A program made the translations under genes and the position numbers. A stretch of 61,408 nucleotides of DNA, filler included, from Nemertoderma westbladi (Eukaryota; Animalia; Xenacoelomorpha), in NCBI GenBank assembly GCA_032718475.1. It is 3 parts of 3 records of this genome, joined end to end, with 100 filler letters (N's around TTAATTAATTAA, not from the genome) between each part and the next. Parts side by side here need not be neighbours in the genome. Positions count along the whole stretch, not along the records: positions 1 to 16,835 come from JAUCBJ010006496.1; positions 16,936 to 48,226 come from JAUCBJ010008971.1; 1 more part is not named here. One strand, 5' to 3'. This document shows positions 12,282 to 23,227 of this stretch, in pieces (position 1 is the first letter of the stretch; every line of letters begins with the position of its first letter). The notes below the pieces were generated by a model. It was not told the DNA's origin. It made no database searches and saw only the letters and a list, made by a program, of their open reading frames with translations.

Positions 12282-12697
12282 GTGTACGTACCTAAGTGTG
12301 TACGTACCTAAGTGTGTACGTACCTAAGTGTGTACGGACCTAGGTGTGTACGTACCTAAGTGTGTACGTACCTAAGTGTGTACGTACCTAAGTGTGTACG
12401 GACCTAGGTGTGTACGTACCTAGGTGTGTACGTACCTAGGTGTGTACGGACCTAGGTGTGTACGTACCTAGGTGTGTACACCTAGGTGTGTACGGACCTA
12501 GGTGTGTACGTACCTAGGTGTGTACGTACCTAGGTGTGTACGGACCTAGGTGTGTACGTACCTAGGTGTGTACGTACCTAGGTGTGTACGTACCTAGGTG
12601 TGTACGGACCTAGGTGTGTACGTACCTAGGTGTGTACACCTAGGTGTGTACGGACCTAGGTGTGTACACCTAGGTGTGTACGGACCTAGGTGTGTAC
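12282..12697. repeat. 16-bp minisatellite (GTGTACGTACCTAGGT), about 26 copies
   Basis: Read directly. The unit is built from the palindromes GTACGTAC and ACCTAGGT. Confidence 0.96.
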
Positions 12698-13148
12698 CAT
12701 CGAAGCTTCTTCCATAGTGAAATACCGTTATATAAAGCGAAATAGCAAAATAGGTAATATAGGCCCTATTTCGATATAAATAACATCAGCGATATCTATT
12801 TAAATGCCATACTATTATTAATGTTGACAAAAGTGTTCTTTTTTTTGTCAAACTTGTTAACGAATTTGGCGAAAAAAGGTGACTTACAACAAATAATGTT
12901 TATTTAGTACTATAGGAAAAAAGTAGAACTTTTTTCACTATTCTCGAGGCGTTTTATTTACCGAGCGCCAGCGAGGTAAAAAAGGGTCGAGAGAATATTT
13001 CATTCTTAAATTGGTTTTTTTTGTTACTCAATTCTTTAATAAAATCTAGAGCGAAGAGCGATAAACAGTTATATACTAAATAAATTGAACTGTACGCCTA
13101 CACAGTATTTTATTTCACTATATTGCTTCCATATATGGAAGTACAAAA

Positions 13149-13188
13149 AATTGGAATCGCAGTAACTATAGTTACTGCGATTCCAATT
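13149..13188. repeat. Perfect 40-bp spacerless palindrome
   Basis: AATTGGAATCGCAGTAACTA|TAGTTACTGCGATTCCAATT. Confidence 0.92.
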
Positions 13189-14252
13189 ATTCTACTCTTC
13201 AACTCCTGATGCTGCCTCACTCAATGTTAAATAATTTAGTGTTCTCGAATATTCATTACTTAACTAGAGAGCCTGCAGAAAATAAAGTTACTATTTTTTT
13301 TAGTTACTATATAGTTCGATTTTCCTAAAATTACTTACAAACCTTTTCTGTGTTGATGTTCTTTCAACACATGTATTAAAATTAAGAAATTCCACCAAAA
13401 ATATTTTGATTTACTTTTTTCGCCGGGAAAAAAGTAAATTCAATGCAATCCTATGGGTTACTTATTTCTCTAGGGAAAAATGGTGAAACATTTTCTCCCG
13501 ATTTTGGGGTATATTCGAGCGAAAAATTAACAATTTAAGAATAAAATGTATTTTCAGATCCTATCCTTTCCTTCTGTTTTGTCATTTTTGCAGGCGGAAC
13601 CACGCGTTCAGTGCATGACCTACCGAGCTTTGGGGGGAAGAATGGATAATAATATGAGTAGAAAGTAACTAAAATACAGTAAAAACCGTTAGTTTTATTT
13701 TCGAAGTCACACCAAATAGTATAATCTATTAGCTGTAGTAAGCATACTACATAAAAGGAATCATAGTTATTAAAGAAACTAGTACTAATTAAAATCGCCA
13801 CATCTTATACACGATGTTACGCTACAAATAAAAGGAGCATAAAAATGGAATTTATTAATTTATATATTTTGACAGCTCTTCATTTCAGAATATTGTTTCT
13901 TTATTTTACGATGTTAGTTTTAGGGTGTAGTCTTAGTGATCTGTTATATTGATCTGTCCTGTTCAATTAATTGTGTTTCAATAATGTGCTTCTTACATGT
14001 AATGTTAGCTGGGGGCGGTCTCTCAAATACTGACCAACCGGTATCAACTGTAAACTAACCAGGAATACTCAAATTTCCTTAGGCTAAATTGTTTCTATTT
14101 ACGATTTAATAAAATTTCGTTAAGAATTTATCCACGCTAATTTGATGGTTGGTGAAAGTGCAAAAAAAAGTAAGTAAATAAATATATATATTAAGTATTA
14201 AAACTTGTAAAATATTTTTCTTGCTATGCAAAGTAAAGGAATTATATAACTA

Positions 14253-15153
14253 CACCATGACCCGTAATATAGTGTCATTTTCTGATGACAAGGACCCCCC
14301 CCCCCCCCCCAAATTTTTCTACAAATCTTTATCAAATTGCTTGAAATTGGAAAAACAACTAGTTCAACTCACCGTGGTTGTTACCATGAAGCCGGAATTT
14401 TTGATTTCGCCTTTAAATTTTAATTCATAAGCGTTTTTAAAAAGTGTCTTTTGCGAAATCGCACCCTCCGTATCGTGGCCATTCTTCACTTTAGTCGTAA
14501 TTTTTTCATATCAATAGAAAGCTTGCGTTGAAAGGATTCCAAATATGTAGCAATATATGAATTTCGTTGAGAAACAGCTGAGAAATAGGCGTTCAAAGAT
14601 TGCGAGAATTATTGTTCGCTGCAGGCCATTTATTATATTTAATAAATACACAAAATTCTAGAACGTGTTATTTATTTTATGAGTTGGTAGGCAACAGCGG
14701 TATGCCAATACAATATCTATATTGCGTAGCTAATCATACATAAACAAATTGTTCCAGAATATTGTGTATTTATTAAATAGAATAAAGGCCTACAGCGAAC
14801 AATAATTCTTGCAATCTTTGAACGCCTATATCTCAGCTGTTTCTGAACGAAATTTAGACATTGTTACATATTTGGAATCCTTTCAACGCAAGCTTTCTAT
14901 TGATGTGAAAAAAATACGACTAAAGTGAAGAATGGCCACGATACGGAGGGTGCGATTTCGAAAAAGACACTTTTTTAAAACGCTTATAAATAAAATTTAA
15001 AGGCGAAATCGAAATTTCCGGCTTCATGGGGTCATCGACGGTGAGTTGAACTAGTTGTGTTTCAAATTTCAAGCAATGTGATAAAGATTTGTAGAAAAAT
15101 TTGGGGGGGGGTCCGTGTCATGAGAAAATGACACTATATTACGGGTCATGGTG
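14253..15153. mobile_element. Foldback MITE with very long TIRs and TA target-site duplication (Tc1/mariner-type)
   Basis: TA|CACCATGACCCGTAATATAGTGTCATTTTCT...AGAAAATGACACTATATTACGGGTCATGGTG|TA. The arms pair over roughly 400 bp. Confidence 0.88.
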
Positions 15154-15326
15154 TATATTAAAATATTTTGCATTTGAAATTGTTCACAATCCTCTGTTAT
15201 TACAATATTAATTTATATTGTTTACAACTAATATACCTGGGGCTGGCTATTCTTTGTAATAATTGTGCAGCAATTTAATGTTCTTGAACTTTCAAAGCAG
15301 TGCAAATTCATCAAATATTTTATTTA

Positions 15327-15717
15327 AGGCCTGTTTACACGTGGCAACTTTTAGAGCAACTTTCTCGGCAACTAGCAACTTTTTTGGAGCAATTTAATTC
15401 AATCGCTGTTTAGTGTTTACACGTGGCAACTTTAACAGCAACTTTACCAGCAACTTGGCTGGCAACTTTTAGAGCAACTTGGCTGGTTTGACTGTAAAAT
15501 AGTGGGTTATTTTATCTACTAGCTAGTTTTTGATAATTTAATTTGATTATCCAGCTTTAATTCGCCAACGCAAATTCCTTCAAGTTGCCGTAAAAGTTGA
15601 GCAACTTTTACGGCAACTTTTTTACGTGTTTACACGGAGTAACTTGATCGGCAACCTGGTTTGCTCTACAAGTTGCCGAGAAAGTTGCTCTAAAAGTTGC
15701 CACGTGTAAACAGGCCT
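15327..15717. mobile_element. PIF/Harbinger-type (Tourist-like) MITE, 391 bp
   Basis: TTA|AGGCCTGTTTACACGTGGCAACTTTTAGAGCAACTTTCTCGGCAACT...AGTTGCCGAGAAAGTTGCTCTAAAAGTTGCCACGTGTAAACAGGCCT|TTA, with internal GCAACT repeats. Confidence 0.88.
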
Positions 15718-16835
15718 TTATTTGTGGGGAATTATAAGTAGTTAGTTATGCACTCAAACTTTCTGGAACAACCTAATAATAACGCGGTGACATCCTGAAT
15801 ATACTGGAAATACATAGTAAAATGTATGACGTAGGGACATACTGAGAAATAATGTCGCACTGCGATGTAAAGTTAGAAAATATATCGCCCTGGTGATTTG
15901 GTAATGCGAAATTAATTCAACACAAATAAATAAAATTAGATTCGCCATTGTTCATAATTAGCACTTTAAAGCTTTTACGACCCTCGTTCTATTATTTCCC
16001 TCGCTGTCGCTCGGGAAACAGAATTACTCGTGCCGTAACGCTATAATGCGCTATTTTATGAACAATGACAATGACGTATATAGTTATAATAATAAATTAT
16101 ACTCTTTCAAAAATGTCAATATTAAATATTTTTCTAGACTTTTATTTCCTTTACTCACCAATATAAGATCTGAGACCTTCATCTTCTTGAATTCTTGGCG
16201 CGTAAATTTTGAAAGTTGCCCCCAGTTACCTCAGCAAAACCATTACCTGTTGCCATTATGGTGGTTGAAATGTTAATAATAATAATATAAATTGTGAAAT
16301 AATCTTTACAATAGAAATCATTATTTATATGTGAGAATAATAATTTTATTAACATTTAAAGAACTATTGATTATTTTGGCTACTACTCAGTTATAAATTG
16401 ATTATAAACATATTGAATTTTGCAATGATAATGGCGCAACTCTCGCAGTTTTTAACACATAATAATAACTGGTGCAACTAATTTATGTACATTACGCATT
16501 CATATTATTATTATATATTGTCCATGTCAGTAAGTATTTCAGCAGTTTAAGTTGATAATTATTATTTTATCAGTTACACAATAAACATTTAATAAATATA
16601 TCGTTAAGTTTTATCATAAAGTGATTAGAATAAAGCTATTGTTTTATTGTGTCTGTTTAGTGAAATTGGATACACGGAATTATATAATATCTATGACACT
16701 GAAACTGACTCTGGAATAGTTGGATGTTTCGACATAAGGGGCTTCAACGCAATCAAAATTCACCCCTCTTTAGTGGAAAATCGAACTTTAACAGCTGACA
16801 GCTAACAACTGGAACAGCTGATCACTCCCAAAAGT

Positions 16836-16935
16836 NNNNNNNNNNNNNNNNNNNNNNNNNNNNNNNNNNNNNNNNNNNNTTAATTAATTAANNNNNNNNN
16901 NNNNNNNNNNNNNNNNNNNNNNNNNNNNNNNNNNN
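16836..16935. other. Artificial contig linker N44-TTAATTAATTAA-N44
   Basis: 100-nt spacer containing a stop in all six frames. An identical spacer lies at 48227-48326. Confidence 0.95.
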
Positions 16936-16936
16936 G

Positions 16937-17191
16937 GTAGAATATGGAGTAGGTCTACCTTTATCGCCTACAAAGGTTGAAATCTCAAAAGATTTCTCGC
17001 TTGTTATAAAGATACAACTGCAAATATCGGGAAGCTCACCCTCTAGTGAAAATTGGGAGAATGATGTTGATGATACGCTTCACTTCAATATACCAATACA
17101 AAGACCGGTAGAAGTTAGGCCTATAAACAACCATTTACAGGTACCAGTAATGGAGGAAACTCTACAGAGGGACCCTCATATAGGACTATAA
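16937..17191 (+). CDS. 3' end of an unknown ORF running out of the gap, possibly a Polinton gene
   Basis: 84 open codons from the contig edge (VEYGVGLPLSPTKVE...QRDPHIGL*), convergent with the Polinton structural module. No motif recognised. Confidence 0.35.
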   Translation, partial: VEYGVGLPLSPTKVEISKDFSLVIKIQLQISGSSPSSENWENDVDDTLHFNIPIQRPVEVRPINNHLQVPVMEETLQRDPHIGL

Positions 17192-18298
17192 AAAGTATAA
17201 TACAGTAATAAATTTAGTGTTGTTGTTGTTGTTATTGTTATCAGTTATTGTTGCTTATAAAACTTAGTAGACCGAATCTATTTTATATCTAATTTAAAAA
17301 AAGCGAATACATAAATAAATTAACTATGTTTTATATAGTCCCTCCGTCAACATAGAGTGAATGTTAGTAACAGAGAATGGGGTGGATTTTATATAGGCTT
17401 AGTTAGGTATACCGCGAGCCACACCTATTGTATCTGAGTGGAGCCATTATATGACTGGTTGAATGATGGCGCCCCTAACCAAGAGTTCTAAAGGTTAACT
17501 GTAAAGAAGCATACAACATAGAGTGAATGTAGAAAGTTAGTAACAGAGAGTGCGAGGGGATTTTATAGGACCTATAGCGCTACCGGTACCTAACCACACC
17601 TATTGTATCAATGAGCTAGTCAACTTTCAGTTGAGGAGTAAGTCATTAGGCCTATATGCCTAACCGAATGAAAGTGTACCTTACCTATCCGCGAGTACTA
17701 AAGGTTAACCATAAACCATATTGGGTCAACATTCGAAAAAGGGCCCCGCATAAAGTTAACTATAGCTGTATAGGCTTACCTATGCGACAGTAGTAGCCCG
17801 CCCGCAGTAATGTAGATTAGACCAATTAAAGTTGTAAACAGAAAATTGGAAGCATTCAAGTGTAATAGTGTAATCCTTAAATCAAAGAAAGCAGTATGCC
17901 CTTGCTCTATCCTCAAGTACTGGGCTACAGGGCCCTCGGTACCAGTAGGCCTATTGTTAGGAGGGCCTCTCTAATGCAGCATTCACGAACCCTCCATGTT
18001 GAGTTAATTTAGTAAGCCTTGTGCTAAAGCCTTGTGGTTGCTGTCAGTCTAGAAGGGCGCCATTCTGCCATTCTATATGTCTGTATTTGTAAAGTCAGCT
18101 AGCTACTGGTAGATAAACTCTGATACAACAGTGGGCTACTGGTAGGTGTGTTGTGTTTGTGAGTGTAAACAGCGATAAAAAAAAAGATTTTAATGTTTTT
18201 ATTATTTTTTATTGACATTAAAACAAATATATTATCCCATCACATTACAAGCTTAGAGTAAACCTACTGTAAGAGTACATCTTCCACCGCAGTTAAAC

Positions 18299-18901
18299 CT
18301 ACAGTATGAGTACATCTTCCACCGCAGTTATTTCTTTCTGTTTATCATCATCAGTCGCAGTTAAACGCTTTCTCATGAAAAAGTGTAGCATCTCATACCC
18401 CCCAACGCGTTTTGCTGAGCAGTATCGCAGACAGTTATCCTTTGTGTTTAAGTGGAACGCACATTTATTTTCTACTGTAGTAAATTGATCGTGGAAGCGA
18501 CAGGGGGTTAAATAATCATGATATTGCTTATATATTCCCAATTTCTCCACCGAATTTGGCGCGAGAACATCGAGTTGGGAAACTAATATTGCCCGTTTCA
18601 GCAACCCAAATACATGTATATTTTTTTTATATTTTAAATGTCTCTTCATATATTTTTTAAAGTCATCTTGCGAAATGTCCCCGTAGTCCCAGGGCAAATG
18701 AGAAGTCATGTCTCGTAAATTGTTTACGTGAGCTACATCTAAAGCTGATAACTTAATATTAGGTGGGCCTTTAATTAAAAACGTCTTTACATTAGTTTTG
18801 GTGTAATTAGAATCGAATATAGCAAATTCTTTAAATACTACCGGATACTCTTTATTGTCTATCTTATAATATTGAAAATCAACAAAAATAATATTATCCA
18901 T
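18299..18901 (-). CDS. Polinton accessory protein, possible DEDD-like 3'-5' exonuclease fold
   Basis: N-terminal IIFVDFQ...VFKEFAI, central LPWDYGDI and a C-terminal C-x2-H...CSA pattern. The fold assignment is from memory of similar Maverick ORFs. Confidence 0.55.
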   Translation of the reverse strand: MDNIIFVDFQYYKIDNKEYPVVFKEFAIFDSNYTKTNVKTFLIKGPPNIKLSALDVAHVNNLRDMTSHLPWDYGDISQDDFKKYMKRHLKYKKNIHVFGLLKRAILVSQLDVLAPNSVEKLGIYKQYHDYLTPCRFHDQFTTVENKCAFHLNTKDNCLRYCSAKRVGGYEMLHFFMRKRLTATDDDKQKEITAVEDVLIL

Positions 18902-18932
18902 TTTATCTGATAAACAAAAGCTAAATGATTAA

Positions 18933-19388
18933 TTACAACGCTTGTTGGTTTATTTTATAATAATTAACAAGCCATTTATATAATATTATTTCATTTATTT
19001 CCACATTATTTGTAAACGCACTCATTGGATAGTTTGTGTGAATTCGATTTACCAAATAATAAAGACAGTATAGACCGCATGTGGTCCGCCTAGGGTCTTG
19101 AAATTGTTTGCGAGTAGTACGCCATCTTGCGGAATTTTTCTCAAGCCATTTTTCGATGCATCTGTTTGGATATTTTGATCCGAATGAATCAAATAATTCA
19201 GCCTCATTATCTCGTATATATATTGCGATCCAATGAATCCCGGGCAGATGCTCTTTATCGGTATTTACTATTAACCCATAATCTCTTCGCTTATTATTAT
19301 TATCTAATTTAGGTAATTTATTAGCTGGAAACGCACCCAAATAGTGACCACCCACTGGAAACATATCAAGGTCCTCTGTAGATAACAT
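18933..19388 (-). CDS. Adenain-like cysteine maturation protease
   Basis: IVNTD...GIHWIAIY (His), FDSFG (Asp) and FQ...TCGLYCLYY (Gln, Cys). Confidence 0.92.
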   Translation of the reverse strand: MLSTEDLDMFPVGGHYLGAFPANKLPKLDNNNKRRDYGLIVNTDKEHLPGIHWIAIYIRDNEAELFDSFGSKYPNRCIEKWLEKNSARWRTTRKQFQDPRRTTCGLYCLYYLVNRIHTNYPMSAFTNNVEINEIILYKWLVNYYKINQQAL

Positions 19389-19390
19389 AC

Positions 19391-20650
19391 TTAATCGATA
19401 TGTATTTCTTTCCTGCTATTTAAACTTAATGATTGATCATAAATATTAAAAACGATTACATTTATGGTTTCAACCAACGGTTCGGCAAATCTTAATTTTA
19501 ATTGGCCGTTAGTATATATCGACGGTTGCGGATCTCTAACATAGCCGTCGGCGGTTAAGTCCCAGGATAGGATGGGGCAATTACCTAAGTAGGTTTCATG
19601 GTCTATATTATTACCTCCATAACCGTTAATATATGTATTAATGTTCTTCATTAATTGAGTATACTCAAAAATATATGTTCCATCTGTAAAATTAGGCTCG
19701 TATATTACACCACCTACTGGAAGACCGTCTACAATCAGTTCCGCGCGTCTAAGGTTAAAATGTTCAAATTTCAAGGGATTGCTAATTAATTCTCCCGAAT
19801 AAGCGTTATTTGTTATGAAGCCGATAATAACTAATTTGGGTTTTTTACCATCAAATATGTTTGTTTGGGTGTAATTTGTGGTTTGAGCGGGAATAGTAAA
19901 TGTTGTAACCTCCTTTTTTTGGAATTGATATTCAATATCGTAACTCTCTAAACCTTTTAGGTGACTGCTTTCTATTACCGGATTAACCTCCATTCTAGGG
20001 ATTAGGATCTTTATTTCATCTAATTCTAGCCGAAGATTTGTCACCGCGTTTGCGTTTGGAGTGATTTTAAAAATAAACGAATTTGATACTTTTCTAAAAT
20101 GCATTCTTAAATCATACCCGGGTTGTATTATTTTGCTTTCAGTATCAAAATCAATCGTCAATCCACTTACAAATTGCATTTGTTTACTAAAGGCATCGCC
20201 AATAGGATGCGCGCCGGGATCAATTTCATTTCCGTGTTCAGATAAAGGCTGATGAAAGCCACCCGCACCCAGTAGCCCATTTTTATCCTCGTAAGTTGTA
20301 AATAATAAATTGGATAAGTACGACTTGTAGAAATAATGGTTATTGCTATTTTCAACCTGCTTCTCATTAAGGTCTATTTTAATATCACTCCACATAGTTT
20401 CAGCGGGGTAATTCAGCATATATATATGGGAATTTTCAAGTCGTCTATCCCACCGTACAGTACATTTTGTAATTAATAACGCATCTTGCAGTTTCGTATA
20501 GAATTCATTGGATCTCGGTACAAGGAACGTGACTTCCCTAGACTCACTTCTGAGATTAGATACGGGGTAAATTGTTTCATAATGCTTTGCTTTAAATTCA
20601 GTCTGTATTGGCTGTGTAGAAAATAAATCTAATTCCTTAATAATTGACAT
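19391..20650 (-). CDS. Major capsid protein (double jelly-roll, hexon-like)
   Basis: 419 aa with ELDLFS..PIQT start, KPKLVIIGF, AYSG...NPLKFEHFNL, WDLTAD and LKLRFAEPL, which are typical of Maverick MCP. It lies next to the protease. Confidence 0.88.
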   Translation of the reverse strand: MSIIKELDLFSTQPIQTEFKAKHYETIYPVSNLRSESREVTFLVPRSNEFYTKLQDALLITKCTVRWDRRLENSHIYMLNYPAETMWSDIKIDLNEKQVENSNNHYFYKSYLSNLLFTTYEDKNGLLGAGGFHQPLSEHGNEIDPGAHPIGDAFSKQMQFVSGLTIDFDTESKIIQPGYDLRMHFRKVSNSFIFKITPNANAVTNLRLELDEIKILIPRMEVNPVIESSHLKGLESYDIEYQFQKKEVTTFTIPAQTTNYTQTNIFDGKKPKLVIIGFITNNAYSGELISNPLKFEHFNLRRAELIVDGLPVGGVIYEPNFTDGTYIFEYTQLMKNINTYINGYGGNNIDHETYLGNCPILSWDLTADGYVRDPQPSIYTNGQLKLRFAEPLVETINVIVFNIYDQSLSLNSRKEIHID

Positions 20651-20652
20651 TA

Positions 20653-21213
20653 TTAAAAAATACTTTTTTCGCAGTGTTTCAGTTTGCCTTTTATATTTCT
20701 CTTTTTACTACGTCGATGATGTATGTTCATAGACATTGGTCTAGCGGGTCGCTTTAAATCTCTATAAACTTTTTCTACAACTGACCTTGTTGACGGTTTC
20801 ATTTTATTTAATGCTTTATTAATAACCGTATTAGCCTGCTGATGTAAGACCCGCTTACCTTTTGGTATTACGTGTTGTCTCATAAATTTTGTGGTAAATG
20901 GTAAAGCTTTTTGTAACACTTTTTTAGCTAATGGCTTACCAAATTTTTTCAATGTCGATAAAGCGTCTGTAAATATACCTTCCCCGTGTTGATTTGCCTG
21001 CATACCTCTACGATAACGCTGAAAACGACGTTGTTTTAAGTTTGGACCAAATGTGCCAATTTGTTGACCGTAAGGGTCAATATATGAACCACCTCGAAAA
21101 ACAGGAACTTGCGTCGACCCTCTGGTACTTCTTCCACCTTTAAAAACAGCAAGATTCGAGTCTGCACCACCATATTGAGGTTTACTGTATCTTTGAAATA
21201 AATCAGAATCCAT
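20653..21213 (-). CDS. Basic putative core protein (PM-like)
   Basis: K/R-rich, contains QHGEGIF..L.K..KP and several xxGG motifs, and sits between penton and MCP. Confidence 0.7.
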   Translation of the reverse strand: MDSDLFQRYSKPQYGGADSNLAVFKGGRSTRGSTQVPVFRGGSYIDPYGQQIGTFGPNLKQRRFQRYRRGMQANQHGEGIFTDALSTLKKFGKPLAKKVLQKALPFTTKFMRQHVIPKGKRVLHQQANTVINKALNKMKPSTRSVVEKVYRDLKRPARPMSMNIHHRRSKKRNIKGKLKHCEKSIF

Positions 21214-21214
21214 T

Positions 21215-22067
21215 TTAATTTATTCGTTTAAAGTGTAATGTAATAGATGTTGTCCCGTATTCAAAATTCAAATCTTTTCCTTCTTTGTCTGTTATTTCAA
21301 TATGAATGTATGTTATCTTATATGATTTTTTTTACAGGGATATAATGAATTGTATCCTTGACAAATTCTTTATTTATTACGCTACCATATTTCACGTCAT
21401 CAGGTATCGCAACACGACGAAGTAAAGCTAAACCAAAGTCATTAATATATTGATTTTCAATTATATTAGTAGTCACGTACATGTTCGACTTAGGTTCTGG
21501 AATAGAATTGGGTGGTTGAGGGCATAAAAATACCATCTGGTAAGCTTTTTCTCCATTTCCGATAACCTTTATTAAATAACCCTTTATATTATTATTTTTT
21601 GTCTTCAAAATAATTTTAAAATTTGGATTTAAATTCGCACCGAGATTATTTTCAGTAATTCCAAAATAATAGGCTAATTGTTGACCTATAAATAACTCTC
21701 GCACAGTTTTCCCTAAAATAAATTGCAACCTATTTTGCTGAGTATTTTCAACTATTTGTAATTTATCTTTCAACACCCCCGTGTTAAAATAATCTATAAT
21801 GTCATTGATACTGTAGAACAAGCCGGATGGAAGTGTATCCTCAAAATTTTTTTTTCCTTTTTTTAATAAAATAACATTCTCTACATTGTTATACATGGAC
21901 GGCAACGTGGCTAAGTAAAATATACTTTTTATACCTACCACCCAGTTTTCGTTTGGGTTTATAGGTAAGGCGCCATGGAAATTGATCTGATAATTACTAG
22001 CGCTATTGCGGGGAAAATCAATTGGACAGGAGTTACTTGGTAGTCTTACGTAGAATTCATCCATCAC
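21215..22067 (-). CDS. Minor capsid protein (penton) paralog B, with a single-base frameshift in an A-run near 21330
   Basis: FYVRLPSNS..DFPRNSASNY start and MYVTTNIIENQ...LLRRV. Removing one A continues as SYKITYIHIEITDKEGKDLNFEYGTTSITLHFKRIN*, the expected penton C-terminus. Confidence 0.82.
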
Positions 22068-22537
22068 CCTCCACCGCGTATTAACTTAAGTGTTATAACA
22101 GTGCGACCTCCGCTAAAATTAATTAATTCACCTTGTCCATCACGTAAAGTAATTAAGATTGTTTTTAGTTTTTTATTCAACAACGGGTAATAGCAAATGC
22201 TCTCGTATTCGTGATTAATATATTTTCGATTTAATTGCGTTAAAGGGCAGGTTCTTAAGAGCGGAGCTAAAGCGTCACCAACAAATGAGCTCTTAATAAT
22301 ATCTGTATATATAAAGATAGTGTCTTTATTACGTGTTATATTCGTGGGAGCTGGAAAATCTAAAATGCCAATTTCCGAAATTTTTGGTCCGCTATAATTT
22401 AAAATTAATATCGGCTGTTCTATATTGCTTAATTCATCTACTGTAGTGGTACTGTATATATCCCAATTCGGAATACCTGGATGATTCCGATCCAATAACG
22501 GTTTTAAGCCTAGAATTTGTATTAAATCACCACGTAG

Positions 22538-22808
22538 CGCCACCCAGTTGGGTAGCACCCACCATTCCCATTGAGGCTGTGCCATAGGTCAGGACCGACC
22601 CTTCACCTTACTGCTGTTTTACATACATCATAGCCTACCGGTTGTTGTGTCTGTGTCTTCCATATTACCGCAGTACCGCGTTTGTGCTGCATACCTATCT
22701 GTTATACTTCTGTTATACCATTATACTGTTATACAGTTATATGAGTTGTGATACATATACGTTGGCCTTTGTTGCTGTTCATACACCAGCTTCTCCTTTA
22801 CCTTGGCG
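22538..22808 (+). repeat. 5' LTR of the Gypsy element
   Basis: CGCCA...TGGCG, identical by eye to 28674-28944. The exact ends are ambiguous by 1-2 nt. Confidence 0.9.
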
Positions 22809-22818
22809 TGGTGGCAGC
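22809..22818 (+). promoter_or_regulatory. Primer-binding site, probably tRNA-Leu
   Basis: TGGTGGCAGC directly after the LTR is complementary to a tRNA 3' end ...GCTGCCACCA. Confidence 0.7.
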
Positions 22819-23227
22819 TTGTGTTCGATCTCCACTGCCTTGATTACCTAATTTACTTATTCTGTTATTCCAGTATTTGTATTCTACAACTCTACCATTC
22901 TGCCATTACCGACACAGGTACTTCAAGCCACTAGGCCAATAGCAAATAGGCCTAGACGACGTTCCCAATCTGCTACACTAACCGGTACTTTCACCAGGGA
23001 GAATTAAATTCCTTACAACTGTACAACGGCACCGGTCAGCCAGTGTTCGTTTACTGCATACCGGTACAGCTTTACCTAACTGACTGTCCCCAAAGTAATT
23101 ATACCCGAATGCCGAACTGTTAGTTTTACCAATCAAAATCAATCAATCTCAAAAGACGTTTTATTTATTCCAGTACTGCCTGTCAGCCTTCCCTGCCAAT
23201 CTACAGTCCGTAGTCAGTCATCAGGTC

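Noticed and set aside
16836-16935. TTAATTAATTAA as a biological motif, and synteny across the gaps
   Set aside because: The same 100-nt linker occurs twice. It is an artificial join, so the pieces may be unlinked.
17789-17796. AGTAGTAG as the left Polinton terminus
   Set aside because: The following sequence does not match the reverse complement of the right end at 34727.
22064-22585. The 173-aa and 141-aa (28915-29340) ORFs as separate genes
   Set aside because: Each is half of one penton gene, extended by LTR-derived codons.
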